Position numbers and translations under genes: made by a program
DNA from: Treponemataceae bacterium
Lineage (GTDB): Bacteria; Spirochaetota; Spirochaetia; Treponematales; Rectinemataceae
NCBI GenBank assembly: GCA_963677895.2
Contig: CAXXGJ010000038.1
Location: forward strand, 192,001-256,000
Direction of reading: 5' to 3'
Length of the DNA: 64,000 nucleotides
Part shown: in pieces, positions 47,235-58,094 of the stretch
How positions within the stretch are numbered: position 1 is the stretch's first letter
Layout: each line of letters starts with the position of its first letter
The notes under the pieces: generated by a model
The model's database searches: none
What the model saw: only the letters and a program-made list of their open reading frames with translations
What the model was told of the DNA's origin: nothing

Positions 47235-48851
47235 TCAAGGGTAAGCCCTCGCCCTTTCCGCTTCTTCGTGAAGGACCAGAGAACATTCCGCCGCAAGATC
47301 CGATGACTCGAACCAGCCCTTGCTGAGCGCCAGTCTCTTCCCGGCGCGGCCGTGGGCTATGACGGCGCAGGAAGCCGAATCCTCAAGCGCTTTCCAGACA
47401 GTCTCTCTATCACGTGTTTCGCCTGTTCCCGAACGTTTCATCTGCGCCATTTTTCCTGCCGCGACGCCGACGAGAATGCCGGCGAGCACGTCGCCGGTTC
47501 CGGCCGTGCCCAATTCCGGTGTCAGTCCTTCATAGACGGCCGTCTTCCAGCTCGGCGAGAGTATCCAGGTGGTATGGCTCTTAAAGACGGTTATCATGCC
47601 GAGGCTTTCGCACACTTTCCTCATGCTTTCCCAGTCGCCCGTTTCCTGCGATACATGGAGCGATTCCGCCAAGGCGGCGAACTCGCCTGAATGCGGGGTT
47701 ACGATACAAGGCGCTTTCATGTCGCGGAGGAGTTGGGTATGCGAGGCGAGGATGCGGATGGCGTCGGCGTCGAGAACGAGAGGGATATCCAATCCGAAGA
47801 GCTTCTCGAGCGTCTTCAGTCTATCCTCGCCCTGTCCCCACCCCGGGCCAGCGAGGATGGCGTCGCACTTTTCTATGTCCAGTTTTTCAGTCATAGGTTT
47901 GACGACGACGGACTCCAGAGTCGGCGCGATGACGGGGTAGACCGCTTCGTCGACATAGAGCGTCACATACCCGGCGCCCGAGGCCAGCGCCGCCTTGGCG
48001 CAGAGCTGCGCCGCGCCTATGGAACCGATGGATCCAGCGAATATGGCGAGCCGTCCCCTGCTCATCTTGTAGCCGTCATTCTCTATTCTCGGGATGAAGA
48101 GGCCGAGGTCCCGGTCTTCGATGAGCGCCATATCGCCGTATTCATGAACAAGGTTTTCCGGAAACACATCTGAGACGGCGATGAGATCGCCGCATGACGG
48201 CCGGCTGCCCGGAAGATAGCAGACCGCCTTTACCGGTTCCAGGCCAAGCGTGATATCGGCTATGACGCAGGGGTGATCCTTCCGCCAGCCGTCGCCCAGT
48301 CCCGAAGGCATATCCACCGAGACGACAAGGGCCGCCCCGTCCTCCTTGAGCGCGTTCAGTCTTTCTATCATCGATCTCGCTTCGCCGGAGGCAGGACCTT
48401 TGAGTCCCGTTCCCAGTATGCCGTCTATGATTATGTCGGCTTGGGATAATAGCGGGTCAGGCTCTAAACCCAGGTTTTTTCCGGGATTCTCCGGCTCGAT
48501 CCACCGGATCGCGGTCATTCCCGCGGCGATGACGCTTTCCCATTGTTTTTTTGCGCTTTCGCTCATTTCCCTGGCCGAGACCAGGGCTTCAAGATTCCTG
48601 TATCCGGCCGAAAAGGCGTGACGAAGGATGGCGAGGGCGTCTCCCCCGTTGTCACCTTTGCCGCAGAGGGCGACAATGCGGATACCTTTGCCTTTTTCCC
48701 GTAAATCGGGTCTCGCGGCGATGATGGAGGCCAGCTTGTCCCATATCCTGAGCGAGGCCTTTTCCATGAGCTGGAGAGAACTCAAGGCCAACGCGGCTTT
48801 CGTGGCCGAGTCCAGGGCGCCGGACTCTTCACAGGTAACCAGTGTTTTCAT
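47235..48851 (-). CDS. nnr: Bifunctional NAD(P)HX epimerase/dehydratase
   Basis: YjeF_N (LME.A, GKGDNGGD, DGILGTG, VDMPSG) plus a carbohydrate-kinase-like domain (GPGWG, LDADA, TPH.GE, AGTGDVLAG). Confidence 0.93.
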   Translation of the reverse strand: MKTLVTCEESGALDSATKAALALSSLQLMEKASLRIWDKLASIIAARPDLREKGKGIRIVALCGKGDNGGDALAILRHAFSAGYRNLEALVSAREMSESAKKQWESVIAAGMTAIRWIEPENPGKNLGLEPDPLLSQADIIIDGILGTGLKGPASGEARSMIERLNALKEDGAALVVSVDMPSGLGDGWRKDHPCVIADITLGLEPVKAVCYLPGSRPSCGDLIAVSDVFPENLVHEYGDMALIEDRDLGLFIPRIENDGYKMSRGRLAIFAGSIGSIGAAQLCAKAALASGAGYVTLYVDEAVYPVIAPTLESVVVKPMTEKLDIEKCDAILAGPGWGQGEDRLKTLEKLFGLDIPLVLDADAIRILASHTQLLRDMKAPCIVTPHSGEFAALAESLHVSQETGDWESMRKVCESLGMITVFKSHTTWILSPSWKTAVYEGLTPELGTAGTGDVLAGILVGVAAGKMAQMKRSGTGETRDRETVWKALEDSASCAVIAHGRAGKRLALSKGWFESSDLAAECSLVLHEEAERARAYP

Positions 48852-50470
48852 GACGCGCCTCCTCCGGCAATCGCGGTGGCTATGGCTTCCGCCACCTTGA
48901 TTCCGTCCATTGCCGCCGACATTATGCCGCCTGCATAGCCGCAGCCCTCCCCGCAGGGAAAAAGTCCCGATACGCTGCTTTGCATCCCTTCATCCCTCAA
49001 AATTCTTACGGGGGAAGAAGTCCTCGTCTCCACCCCGGTCAGGATGGCGTCAGGATGGGCAAATCCCTTGATTTTCCTGTCGAATGCCGGCACGCTTTCC
49101 TTGATCGATTCGGTCACAAAGCCAGGCAGGCAGGCGTTGAGATCGGCTAAACTCGTGGATCCTTTTGAGCGGGGCGTGATGCTTCCGAAGCTCGCGGAGC
49201 ATTTGCCCGCGATGAAATCCCGCAGCGTCTGCACGGGCATGGCAAAGCCGCCTTCTTTCGGATTCGCCGCGGCATAGGCGGCTTTTTCCCAGGTTCGCTG
49301 GAATTCCATGCCGGCCAGCAGGCTATCGCACCCGAAGTCCTCGGTTCTGACGGCGGCCACTATGGCGGAGTTGGCGTTTTTTTCGTTCCGGGCGAAATTG
49401 CTCATGCCATTACAGACCACCATGCCCCTTTCCGAGCTGGAATTCACGACAAAGCCACCCGGGCACATGCAGAAGCTGTAGACGCCTCGTCCTTTGGTCG
49501 TCTGATAGGTGAGCTTGTAGTCGGCGGTCGGGAGGCGGGGATTTTTCCAGGAGGCTCCGAACTGGGCTTTCTGGATCAAGTCCTGCGGGTGCTCGATCCT
49601 GAGTCCTATGGCGAAGGGTTTCTGTTCCATGCGAACGACGCCGCGCGATAGTTCCTCGAAGGTATCTCTGGCGCTGTGCCCGATGGCCAGAACGACGGTG
49701 GTGGCTTCGATTTTTTCACTGCCGTTCAGCCAGACGGCGCTGATTTTTCCGTCCTTGATCTCGAAGGAGGTTGCCTTGGAGCGGAAGCGGACTTCCCCGC
49801 CGAGATTTTCAATTTTTTTCCTGATATTTTTGACGACGCCTACGAGGTAGTCCGTTCCGATATGAGGTTTGTTGATAAAGGCTATTTCCGGAGGCGCGCC
49901 TGCTTCCAGGAACTCCTCGATCACTTTCCGGTTGCGGTGGAGCTGGTCGCCTACCGATGTATTGAGTTTGCCGTCGGAAAAGGTTCCCGCGCCTCCTTCG
50001 CCGAACTGCATATTGGAATCGGGGTCCAGAATGCCCGATTTCCAGAAAAGATTGACCGAACGCATCCGCGATTCGACATCTTCCCCACGCTCGAGGACGA
50101 TAGGCTTGAAGCCGTTTTCGGCCAACAGCAGCGCGCAAAAAAGGCCCGCTGGACCGCCTCCCACTACTACAACTCGGCGCTTCGCGGTTTCTTTTCCGGC
50201 TTGGTCGACAGGGAATCTATAGCCTTCCTCTATGCCCAAGGGGAGAATATCTTTCCCGACGCGGTTTTGACTCAAGTTCTTTTTCGATTCGACATCCACG
50301 GAATAGATGACTCTGATGGAGGTCTTCTCCCTGGCGTCGAAAGACTTCCTGACGATGCCCCATGAGGCGATTTCATCGAGCCTGGTCCCCAGGATGGCGC
50401 AGATAGCCTTTTCGATGGCTTTGTCGTCGTGGTCCAGATGCATCTTCAGCTGCTGAATCCTGTACTTCAT
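48848..50470 (-). CDS. Uncharacterised FAD-dependent oxidoreductase (COG2509-like)
   Basis: GGGPAG, FGEGGAGTFSDGKL, FCMCPGG, ETRTSSP, GEG.GYAGGI. Confidence 0.88.
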   Translation of the reverse strand: MKYRIQQLKMHLDHDDKAIEKAICAILGTRLDEIASWGIVRKSFDAREKTSIRVIYSVDVESKKNLSQNRVGKDILPLGIEEGYRFPVDQAGKETAKRRVVVVGGGPAGLFCALLLAENGFKPIVLERGEDVESRMRSVNLFWKSGILDPDSNMQFGEGGAGTFSDGKLNTSVGDQLHRNRKVIEEFLEAGAPPEIAFINKPHIGTDYLVGVVKNIRKKIENLGGEVRFRSKATSFEIKDGKISAVWLNGSEKIEATTVVLAIGHSARDTFEELSRGVVRMEQKPFAIGLRIEHPQDLIQKAQFGASWKNPRLPTADYKLTYQTTKGRGVYSFCMCPGGFVVNSSSERGMVVCNGMSNFARNEKNANSAIVAAVRTEDFGCDSLLAGMEFQRTWEKAAYAAANPKEGGFAMPVQTLRDFIAGKCSASFGSITPRSKGSTSLADLNACLPGFVTESIKESVPAFDRKIKGFAHPDAILTGVETRTSSPVRILRDEGMQSSVSGLFPCGEGCGYAGGIMSAAMDGIKVAEAIATAIAGGGAS

Positions 50471-50501
50471 CGTGAGCTTGGCTCCTTGGAAAAGGGCATT
50501 T

Positions 50502-51770
50502 TCATCTATAGCCCCACCATGCGACGTGGACGGCTTTATCCGACTTAAGAAGGGCGTAGACCTGTCCTGAGTCCGAAACCTTCAAAACCATTATTTCGGT
50601 CACATCCGCCGGTACGTCGAGCCTGTAGCGCTGCTGGACTTTTCCCTGCATATCGACGAGCTGAAGAATTCTGGCAGCGTGCGAGCTTTTTCCGCCCGCG
50701 CCTGTTCCGGTCATGACGGCTTGCCCATTTTCGCTTATTGCGGTGTCGGAAAGAAGATAATAGAGTCCCGAATGTTCTCCAATGAGTTCGGGAATGTCCG
50801 TATCGGGATTGCCGGGAACGAGGGCCAAGTTCTTCATGGCTTTCCCCGTGGAACCGTTCAGTATGAAGATCCAGGATCCGGCGAACTCGCCGCGGGATAT
50901 GACAAGGCTGGCTGGGTCGAAATACTCCCTGTAATAATCGATTTTCAGTGTAATTTCGAAGGAATCGGCGGTCGCGACTTCAAGAATCCCGTCCAGGTTG
51001 GCATGTATCCTGACTCCCTCATTCTCGCCCGCGGATTCGGCCAAGCTGCCGGGTACCGGAAGCGAAGAACGATTCAGCCTAAGGCTTGAGAGCAGGTTGC
51101 CTGATTTCCCGAAATGATGAACGAGCACAACCGTTTCCGAGGCAGATACCACCGCCACCGTACCATTTCCAAGGGCATCGACTCTCATGATCTGTGGGAA
51201 AGGAGATCCTCCGGGACCCTCCTGACCGATATATGGCAATTCCGATCCCTGCGCTCCAAACCTTCTGACGATCCTGTCGCAATACGAATCTGTCTGCGCG
51301 TCGAAAATGCGATCCGAGCTATTCGCTACCCTATCGACTACATAGATCGTCTGGTCCGCGTCCACGGCGATTTTTCCAGGCGCTTCGAACTTGATCGGCG
51401 CGGCGTAGCGCCCCGGGGCGTCGCTGACATTGTTCGCGGTTTCGTTTTCCAAAGCTTCGATGGGTTTGACGATCCTGGGCTCTGGCGACCTCGAAGGGTC
51501 GTACAGCAGAGCGAGAAGATCCCCGTACGATGAAAGTTTCAATACCTTACCGCTTGTTCCGTCGAGAAGGTGGAATATCCCTTCGCGCATCGTCAGATCG
51601 ATGCCGTTTTCGCCGCCGGACGAGATGTCGATCTGGTTTTCCGAAAGACCATAGCCGATGGAAAACAGGTCGCTTCGCACAATATTCCTGGCGTTTCGCG
51701 ACGGTTCGCAGGATATCAACATAATAACCAGAAGCGGAGCGCATAAAAAGCGTGACAAAGCGGGTTTCAT
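50502..51770 (-). CDS. Lipoprotein, LIC_12708-like
   Basis: Lipobox LIS-C; SYGDLL and GQEG.GG.PFP motifs; divergent from secA. Family name is from recall; alternative start 51782. Confidence 0.65.
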   Translation of the reverse strand: MKPALSRFLCAPLLVIMLISCEPSRNARNIVRSDLFSIGYGLSENQIDISSGGENGIDLTMREGIFHLLDGTSGKVLKLSSYGDLLALLYDPSRSPEPRIVKPIEALENETANNVSDAPGRYAAPIKFEAPGKIAVDADQTIYVVDRVANSSDRIFDAQTDSYCDRIVRRFGAQGSELPYIGQEGPGGSPFPQIMRVDALGNGTVAVVSASETVVLVHHFGKSGNLLSSLRLNRSSLPVPGSLAESAGENEGVRIHANLDGILEVATADSFEITLKIDYYREYFDPASLVISRGEFAGSWIFILNGSTGKAMKNLALVPGNPDTDIPELIGEHSGLYYLLSDTAISENGQAVMTGTGAGGKSSHAARILQLVDMQGKVQQRYRLDVPADVTEIMVLKVSDSGQVYALLKSDKAVHVAWWGYR

Positions 51771-51811
51771 CGCGATATCCATCCTTACCCGCGGGAGCTG
51801 CGAATGTCAAC

Positions 51812-51843
51812 GCCATTAGTATGGCGATGCCATTAGTATGGCG
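51812..51843. repeat. Two tandem copies of the palindromic 15-mer GCCATTAGTATGGCG (operator-like)
   Basis: Exact copies at 51812-51826 and 51829-51843; each contains GCCAT-N4-ATGGC. Confidence 0.8.
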
Positions 51844-51888
51844 CCGGCGCGGAGCCTGAAGAGGCCATGGAAGATTATCCCTGCTTCC

Positions 51889-51917
51889 TTGACCCTTTCC
51901 CTGGCCGGAAGTATTCT
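51889..51917 (+). promoter_or_regulatory. Sigma70-type promoter of secA
   Basis: TTGACC-17 nt-TATTCT, ending 7 nt before the ATG. Confidence 0.55.
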
Positions 51918-51924
51918 TACAGCC

Positions 51925-54735
51925 ATGGCTATTAATCTTCTTACCGCATTCCTCGGCTCCAAGCGAGAGAGGGATGTTAAAACCCTGCTCCCGGTGCTTC
52001 ACACCATAAACGCGAAAGAATCCTGGGCTATAGCGCTCAAGGATGCCGACTTCCCCGCGCAGACTGAAACATTCAGGGCGCGGCTCGCTCAAGGCGAATC
52101 CCTGGACGCCCTTCTTCCGGAGGCTTTTGCCCTGGCGCGCGAAGCCGCCCGGAGGATTCTCGGGGAAAGGCCATTCGATGTCCAGATGATGGGCAGCCTC
52201 GTCCTCCATCAGGGCAAGATTGTGGAGATGAAGACCGGCGAAGGAAAAACGCTGTCCTCGGTGAGCGCCGCGTACGTCAACGCGATTGGCGGCAAGGGCG
52301 TCCATATCGTCACGGTCAACGATTACCTGGCCGAACGAGACAGCCAGTGGATGGGCAAGATATTCCAGTCTCTGGGATTGAGCGTCGGCTGCATCCTATC
52401 CAACATGGACAACGACGCCCGACGGAAGGCTTATGCCTGCGACATAACTTACGGAACGAACAACGAATTCGGATTCGATTACCTCCGCGACAATATGACC
52501 TGGACTCCCGAGTCGAGAGTCCAGCGAGGACATAATTATTGTATCGTCGACGAAATAGACTCCATCCTCATCGACGAGGCCAGAACGCCGCTCATTATTT
52601 CCGGTCCCGCCGAAGACGACACCTACAAGGTAAATGAGGTGAATCGTCTCGCGCTTTCCCTCACCGAAGTCACGAAGAATCCGGATACGGGGGAGTACCC
52701 CGACGAGGCGAATGGCGAAGTATCGGAAGGCGATTACAGGATCGACGAGAAATCGAAGCGCGTCATGTTCACGAGCCAGGGGCTGAACCATATCGAGGAA
52801 CTGCTCCAGAAGCGCGGCCTCATCAAGGGAAGCCTTTTCGAGGAAGGCAACTTCCAATTCGCACACTATTTTACGCAGTCCGTCCGCGCCCAGAGACTCT
52901 TCCAGAAAGATGTCGACTACGTCGTACAGGACGGTCTCGTCCAGATCGTCGACGAATTCACCGGACGCATTCTCCACGGCAGACGTTACTCCGACGGTCT
53001 CCATGAAGCCATCGAAGCCAGCGAAAGAATAAAAATCGCCAGACGAAACCGCACGCTTGCCACAATAACCTTTCAGAATTACTTCCGCATGTATGATAAA
53101 ATATGCGGAATGACCGGTACGGCCGACACGGAAGCGCCAGAGTTCAATAAAATATATAGTCTCGACGTGGTCGTCATCCCTTCGAACCGCCCTCTCGTGC
53201 GCGCCGACGAAGACGACCTTGTTTTCCTCAACGAAGCCGAGAAATTCGAGGCTATCAGCGAGGAAATCGAGAAAGCCCACAAGAAAGGCCAGCCCATCCT
53301 CGTGGGCACCGTTTCCATCGAGAAATCCGAGAAACTTTCTCAGCTTCTCGCACGCCGCGGCGTTCCGCACGAAGTGCTCAACGCCAAGAACCACGCGCGG
53401 GAGGCCCTCATCATCGCGGAGGCCGGCGCCAAGGGCTCCGTGACCATAGCGACGAACATGGCAGGCCGAGGAACCGATATTAAGTTGGGAGGCAATCCCG
53501 AGTTCAGGGCGCGACGGAAAGCCGGAACGTCAGCCACGGACGAAGAATTCGCCAAAATCATGGCCGGCGAGTATGAAACCTGGAAAAAGGACTTCGAGGA
53601 GGTTCGGAGCCTGGGCGGTTTGTGCGTCATAGGAACTGAGCGCCATGAATCGAGGCGAATCGACAACCAGCTGCGCGGAAGATCGGGCCGTCAGGGCGAT
53701 CCCGGCCGTTCAGCCTTCTTCATCTCCCTCGACGACGACCTCATGCGCCTTTTTGGAGGGGAAAACTTCAAGAACATGATGAGCAAGGTAGGCATGAAGC
53801 CTGGCGAGCCCATCTATCATCCCCTCCTCAATCGAACCATCGAGAGCGCCCAGAAAAAAGTCGAGGAGCGCAACTTCGAGATAAGGAAACATCTTCTCGA
53901 GTACGACGATGTGCTCAACAACCAGCGAGGTTTCATCTACGACCAGAGAAACGCCATTCTCAAGGATGAGGAGCTGCTCGACAGAGTGCGCACCAGCGCC
54001 GAAGAGATGCTCGCCTCCATGACTTCCGACGCCCTCGCGCGCCAGAAATCCGGCGATAAACTCGTCGCCTCGGAGCTTCCCCTCATCCTCCGCGACACCT
54101 TCGGCGTGACGATGACCGCCGCCGAGGTCGCTTCCCTCCTCTCCGCTTCCGTCGCCTCGGGGCAGAGTCCATCCTCCTCGACCTTCTACGGCAACGTCAG
54201 AGAGCGACTGCAGGCCGATCTGGACCAGAAGCTCGCGCTGGCAGGCCAAGCCAACCTGAACAACTTCATCCGCTATCAGTACCTGCAGGAGATCGACAAC
54301 AAGTGGCTGGACCATCTGGATACCATGGAAGGCCTGCGCGAAGCCGTCTATCTCCGATCCTACGCTCAGAAGAACCCCCTGCTCGAGTACAAGATCGAAG
54401 GGTCGGACATCTTCGAGCACCTCATCGACGACATCAGGCGGAATATCGCCTCGAGAGTCCTCAGGGTCCAGATCAGGGCGGAGGAAGAGCGCAAAATTCC
54501 AGCCAAGGAGCCCGTGGCCATGGCTCACCATGAAAGTTCAGGGCAGTTCACCGCTTCCGAGCCCCAGGCCGGCGGCCCCGAGCCTTCTTTCTCCAAGAGG
54601 CCTCAGGGTTCCCAGATTTCTGAAGCTTCGACGCCCGAGAATGTCACGGTCATGCGCAGCGGCGAAAAAGTAGGCCGCAACGATCCTTGTCCCTGCGGTT
54701 CGGGCAAGAAATACAAGCACTGCCACGGACGGTAA
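51925..54735 (+). CDS. secA: Preprotein translocase ATPase SecA
   Basis: [52 protein letters not shown] and C-terminal [18 protein letters not shown]. Start set at ATG 51925. Confidence 0.97.
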   Translation: MAINLLTAFLGSKRERDVKTLLPVLHTINAKESWAIALKDADFPAQTETFRARLAQGESLDALLPEAFALAREAARRILGERPFDVQMMGSLVLHQGKIVEMKTGEGKTLSSVSAAYVNAIGGKGVHIVTVNDYLAERDSQWMGKIFQSLGLSVGCILSNMDNDARRKAYACDITYGTNNEFGFDYLRDNMTWTPESRVQRGHNYCIVDEIDSILIDEARTPLIISGPAEDDTYKVNEVNRLALSLTEVTKNPDTGEYPDEANGEVSEGDYRIDEKSKRVMFTSQGLNHIEELLQKRGLIKGSLFEEGNFQFAHYFTQSVRAQRLFQKDVDYVVQDGLVQIVDEFTGRILHGRRYSDGLHEAIEASERIKIARRNRTLATITFQNYFRMYDKICGMTGTADTEAPEFNKIYSLDVVVIPSNRPLVRADEDDLVFLNEAEKFEAISEEIEKAHKKGQPILVGTVSIEKSEKLSQLLARRGVPHEVLNAKNHAREALIIAEAGAKGSVTIATNMAGRGTDIKLGGNPEFRARRKAGTSATDEEFAKIMAGEYETWKKDFEEVRSLGGLCVIGTERHESRRIDNQLRGRSGRQGDPGRSAFFISLDDDLMRLFGGENFKNMMSKVGMKPGEPIYHPLLNRTIESAQKKVEERNFEIRKHLLEYDDVLNNQRGFIYDQRNAILKDEELLDRVRTSAEEMLASMTSDALARQKSGDKLVASELPLILRDTFGVTMTAAEVASLLSASVASGQSPSSSTFYGNVRERLQADLDQKLALAGQANLNNFIRYQYLQEIDNKWLDHLDTMEGLREAVYLRSYAQKNPLLEYKIEGSDIFEHLIDDIRRNIASRVLRVQIRAEEERKIPAKEPVAMAHHESSGQFTASEPQAGGPEPSFSKRPQGSQISEASTPENVTVMRSGEKVGRNDPCPCGSGKKYKHCHGR

Positions 54736-54768
54736 AGGCAGGGCGCGCGGGACGCGCCAGGATGTAGA

Positions 54769-56307
54769 ATGTCGCTCAATTTCAAGGAAATCGATCTCGT
54801 GCTGTCCGAGCTGAAGCTGGTCGGCACGAGAATACAGAAGGTTCTGCAGCCATCCTACGATACGATCATTCTTGAAACCTTCGGAACGATAGAAGGCAGG
54901 CAGGATATTCTCATCAGCGTTTCATCCGGCGCCTGCAGGATACACGCGCTCTCCGAGCTGCCCGCCAAGAACGAACGCCCCCTGCGTTTCATGGAGTGCC
55001 TGAAGTCCCGCATCCGCGGTGCCAGAATCGAATCGGTGGAACAGCTCGCCTCGGACAGGATCGTGAAGTTTTCCCTCACCATGCCAGTGGACGAGGAAAC
55101 CGAACTATCGGAGCCTGAAAGGGCGGAGATGGGCAAGACTTCCAACGGCATACCGCGCGCTCCTTCGCGAAGCTACGTCATCTATGCCCGACTCTGGAGC
55201 GGCGCTGCCGGGAATATCTTCCTCGTCGACGAAAACAACCTCATCGTCGACGCTTTATTGAGGAAACCGGAAAAAGGCGAAAGCTCGGGTGAACTCTGCC
55301 TCATCGAATCGTCGCTGCAGGTTCCCGACGCCGATGAGATGGCCAGGAAGAACGCGAAATTCGCCGTCCGCGACCTGGAAGGCGATGGAAGTTTTTCGGA
55401 GCGCGTGGCGATCCATTATGGTAACAAGGCGGGCGAGCTATCGCTCGACAACATGCGGCTTCGCGCCAACGAGCGTTTTGAAAAGCGCATGCGCCTCATG
55501 GAAACGCGCGAAACCGAGCTCCAGCTTCTTCTCAAGGATTACGGCGACGCGGAACGCTACAAACAGATTGGCGACATCCTCATGGCGGGCGGGTTTGATT
55601 ATCAGCCGTCAAAAAACCCGCGCTCCGGATCGAGCGTTTTCATCGAAGCCCACGATTTCTATACGGAAAAGAACGTCTCAATACAGATAGATCCATCGCT
55701 TAGTAATGTAGAAAATGCCCGGAAGTACTATGAAAAATTCCGCAAGGCATCCTCGGGCCTGGAGGAAATAGGCAAGGAACTCGCCAGGCTGAATTATGAG
55801 CAGGAAGAGGCAAAGGCCTGGCTGACGAGGATGCAGGCCGAAACCGATCCCTTCGTCATCGCGAAGGCGCTGGAAAAAGCCGGAACGGTGCGCGAGCAGG
55901 CAATCCGCAAATATCCGTGCATCTGGCTGGAGTACAAGGGCTGGACCATGCTCGTCGGGAGGTCGGCCAAGGAAAACGACGAACTCCTGAGGCATCACGT
56001 ACGAGGCTCGGATCTCTGGCTTCACGCGCGCGATTATTCAGGTTCTTACGTATTCGTAAAGGCTCAGCGATCCAAAACCTTCCCTCTCGATATAATGCTG
56101 GACGCGGCCAATCTGGCGCTCTATTATTCTAAGGCGCGAAAGAACATGGAAGGCAATGTGTATTATACTCCTGCTAAATATTTGCGGCGCGTAAAGGATG
56201 GACCTAAGGGCTTGGTCATTCCCACCCTCGAAAAGAATCTTTTCATCCGTCTCGACGAGCTTCGCATCAAAGAATTACTGGCTTGTTCTTCGGGAGGAGA
56301 ATCATGA
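54769..56307 (+). CDS. NFACT-family protein (RqcH/FbpA-like ribosome quality control factor)
   Basis: NFACT-N with the DR motif (SDRIV), ENARKYYEK coiled coil, NFACT-R (GRSAKENDEL, DLWLHA..GS.V). Confidence 0.88.
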   Translation: MSLNFKEIDLVLSELKLVGTRIQKVLQPSYDTIILETFGTIEGRQDILISVSSGACRIHALSELPAKNERPLRFMECLKSRIRGARIESVEQLASDRIVKFSLTMPVDEETELSEPERAEMGKTSNGIPRAPSRSYVIYARLWSGAAGNIFLVDENNLIVDALLRKPEKGESSGELCLIESSLQVPDADEMARKNAKFAVRDLEGDGSFSERVAIHYGNKAGELSLDNMRLRANERFEKRMRLMETRETELQLLLKDYGDAERYKQIGDILMAGGFDYQPSKNPRSGSSVFIEAHDFYTEKNVSIQIDPSLSNVENARKYYEKFRKASSGLEEIGKELARLNYEQEEAKAWLTRMQAETDPFVIAKALEKAGTVREQAIRKYPCIWLEYKGWTMLVGRSAKENDELLRHHVRGSDLWLHARDYSGSYVFVKAQRSKTFPLDIMLDAANLALYYSKARKNMEGNVYYTPAKYLRRVKDGPKGLVIPTLEKNLFIRLDELRIKELLACSSGGES

Positions 56308-57272
56308 CATCGTTTCGCAGAGTCTGGCCTGTACTGACGGCGGTATTGACGTTCGCGTCCGCGGCTGGGGCCTTTGCCCAGCCGGCTGCCGAAAAAATCC
56401 TCATTTCCATTCTCAAAGGACCGTCGGGAATAGGAAGCGCCTGGATGATGGCGCAGCCGCCTCAATCTTCCGGCATAGATCTCCAGTTCGTGACAGCCGC
56501 GAGCGCCGATCTTGTCGCGGCCAAGCTCATTTCGGGCGAAATCCAGGGCGGCGTACTGCCCGTGAACGTCGCCGCGAAACTTTTCAACGCGGGCGTCCCG
56601 GTAAAGGCTCTCGCCGTAGTCGGCAATGGCATGGTCAAGTTCCTCTCCATCGATCCCTCGATAAAGAGCCTATCCGATCTTAAAGGAAAGGAAGTCTATA
56701 TAGCGGGCCAAAAGGCAACGCCGGATTATCTCTTCCGCTTTCTCGCCGAAAAGGAAAACATGGAAGCGGGCAGGGATTTTACCGCCCTCTATAACCTCGC
56801 TAGCCCCGAGATGGCCGCCCAGCTCGCGGCCGGCAAAATATCCTGCGCCGTACTACCCGAGCCCTTCGCCACGCAAGCGATCATGCTGAATAAATCGATT
56901 AGCGCTCCCATCGACCTCGACGCGCTCTGGAAGGAAAAAACGGGACTTGAGAGCTACCCCATGTCTCTTTTCGTCGTTTCCAGGCGCTTGACCGAGACTC
57001 ATCCTGAATTAGTTCAGCGCATCGCCGAGGCCTATGAGGCTTCCATAAAAAAGACTCTTGCGGATCCAGCGGCCACAGGCAAGCTCGCGGAAGAGCTTGG
57101 ATTAGGCATGAAAGCGGCGATCGCTCAGGCGGCGATCCCCAAATCCGCCTATGTCTATTACTCCGCATCGGATGCCAGGGCAAGCATCGAGGCTCTGCTC
57201 TCCCTTTTCCTCGCCTCTGACCCCCAGTCCGTCGGCGGCAGGCTGCCCGGCGCGAACTTCTACGCTCTCTGA
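56304..57272 (+). CDS. ABC transporter substrate-binding protein (NitT/TauT/SsuA family)
   Basis: Signal peptide; LKGP, SLSDLKGK, ATPD, LPEP. ATG 56304 overlaps the NFACT stop. Confidence 0.85.
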   Translation: MTSFRRVWPVLTAVLTFASAAGAFAQPAAEKILISILKGPSGIGSAWMMAQPPQSSGIDLQFVTAASADLVAAKLISGEIQGGVLPVNVAAKLFNAGVPVKALAVVGNGMVKFLSIDPSIKSLSDLKGKEVYIAGQKATPDYLFRFLAEKENMEAGRDFTALYNLASPEMAAQLAAGKISCAVLPEPFATQAIMLNKSISAPIDLDALWKEKTGLESYPMSLFVVSRRLTETHPELVQRIAEAYEASIKKTLADPAATGKLAEELGLGMKAAIAQAAIPKSAYVYYSASDARASIEALLSLFLASDPQSVGGRLPGANFYAL

Positions 57273-57287
57273 GCGGGATTTTAGCAG

Positions 57288-58094
57288 ATGAGAACGCCCA
57301 AGGTGTCATTGCCTGTAAAACAAAGCGAAAGAGGAAGGCTCTTTCGCCGCCTGGGCTTTGGTTTTCTTGGGATCGTCGCCGCGCTGCTCGTCTGGAAACT
57401 TATCTCCGTCGCGATCGGCTCCTCGATCATACTTCCGGGGCCTGAGGAAGTCGCCCAAAATCTCGGCGCGCTTCTTTTCTCATCCCGTCTTTGGCAAGCC
57501 ATTCTCGGCACGCTCGAACGCGTCCTCCTCTCATTCATTCTTTCCGTCCTTATAGGAGCGGCAACGGGAGCCGCGTCGGGACTGCATCCTTGGTTCAGCG
57601 ACTTCCTAGCTCCCCTCCTGACAACGATACGCGCAACACCAGTGCTGGCCCTCATCCTGATAGCCATGTTCTGGCTCCCTTCCTCCGGCGTGCCCGTTTT
57701 CTCCGCCTTTCTCATGGCCTACCCTATCATTCATACATCCACGTACGCGGGCATCGTTTCCATCGACAGGGAACTGCTGGAAATGGCCGACGTTTTCAAG
57801 GTCCCTCCATTGGTTCAGTTCTTCAGACTGAAGCTTCCCGCCGCTCGCGGTCACTTCCTATCCGGCACGAAGAATGCCCTGGGTCTTTGCTGGAAAGTCG
57901 TCGTGGCCGGAGAAGTGCTGAGCCAGCCTGCCTTCGCCCTCGGCACCGGCCTGCAGGACGCCAGACTTTCGCTCGAAACGGGAACCGTCCTGGCCTGGGC
58001 TGTCGTGACGGTATTCCTCTGCGGCATAAGCGAATTCCTGCTTGGCCTCGTGGCGAAACGTTTTGCCCTTCCTCAGGGAGGAAATGCGGAATGA
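57288..58094 (+). CDS. ABC transporter permease (NitT/TauT family)
   Basis: ILPGP, EAA-like LLEMA loop, WKVVVAGE. Confidence 0.88.
   Translation: MRTPKVSLPVKQSERGRLFRRLGFGFLGIVAALLVWKLISVAIGSSIILPGPEEVAQNLGALLFSSRLWQAILGTLERVLLSFILSVLIGAATGAASGLHPWFSDFLAPLLTTIRATPVLALILIAMFWLPSSGVPVFSAFLMAYPIIHTSTYAGIVSIDRELLEMADVFKVPPLVQFFRLKLPAARGHFLSGTKNALGLCWKVVVAGEVLSQPAFALGTGLQDARLSLETGTVLAWAVVTVFLCGISEFLLGLVAKRFALPQGGNAE

Noticed and set aside
57491..58090. N-terminal 200 aa of the 437-aa ABC ATPase ORF
   Set aside because: Alternative frame inside the permease; the ATPase starts at ATG 58091.
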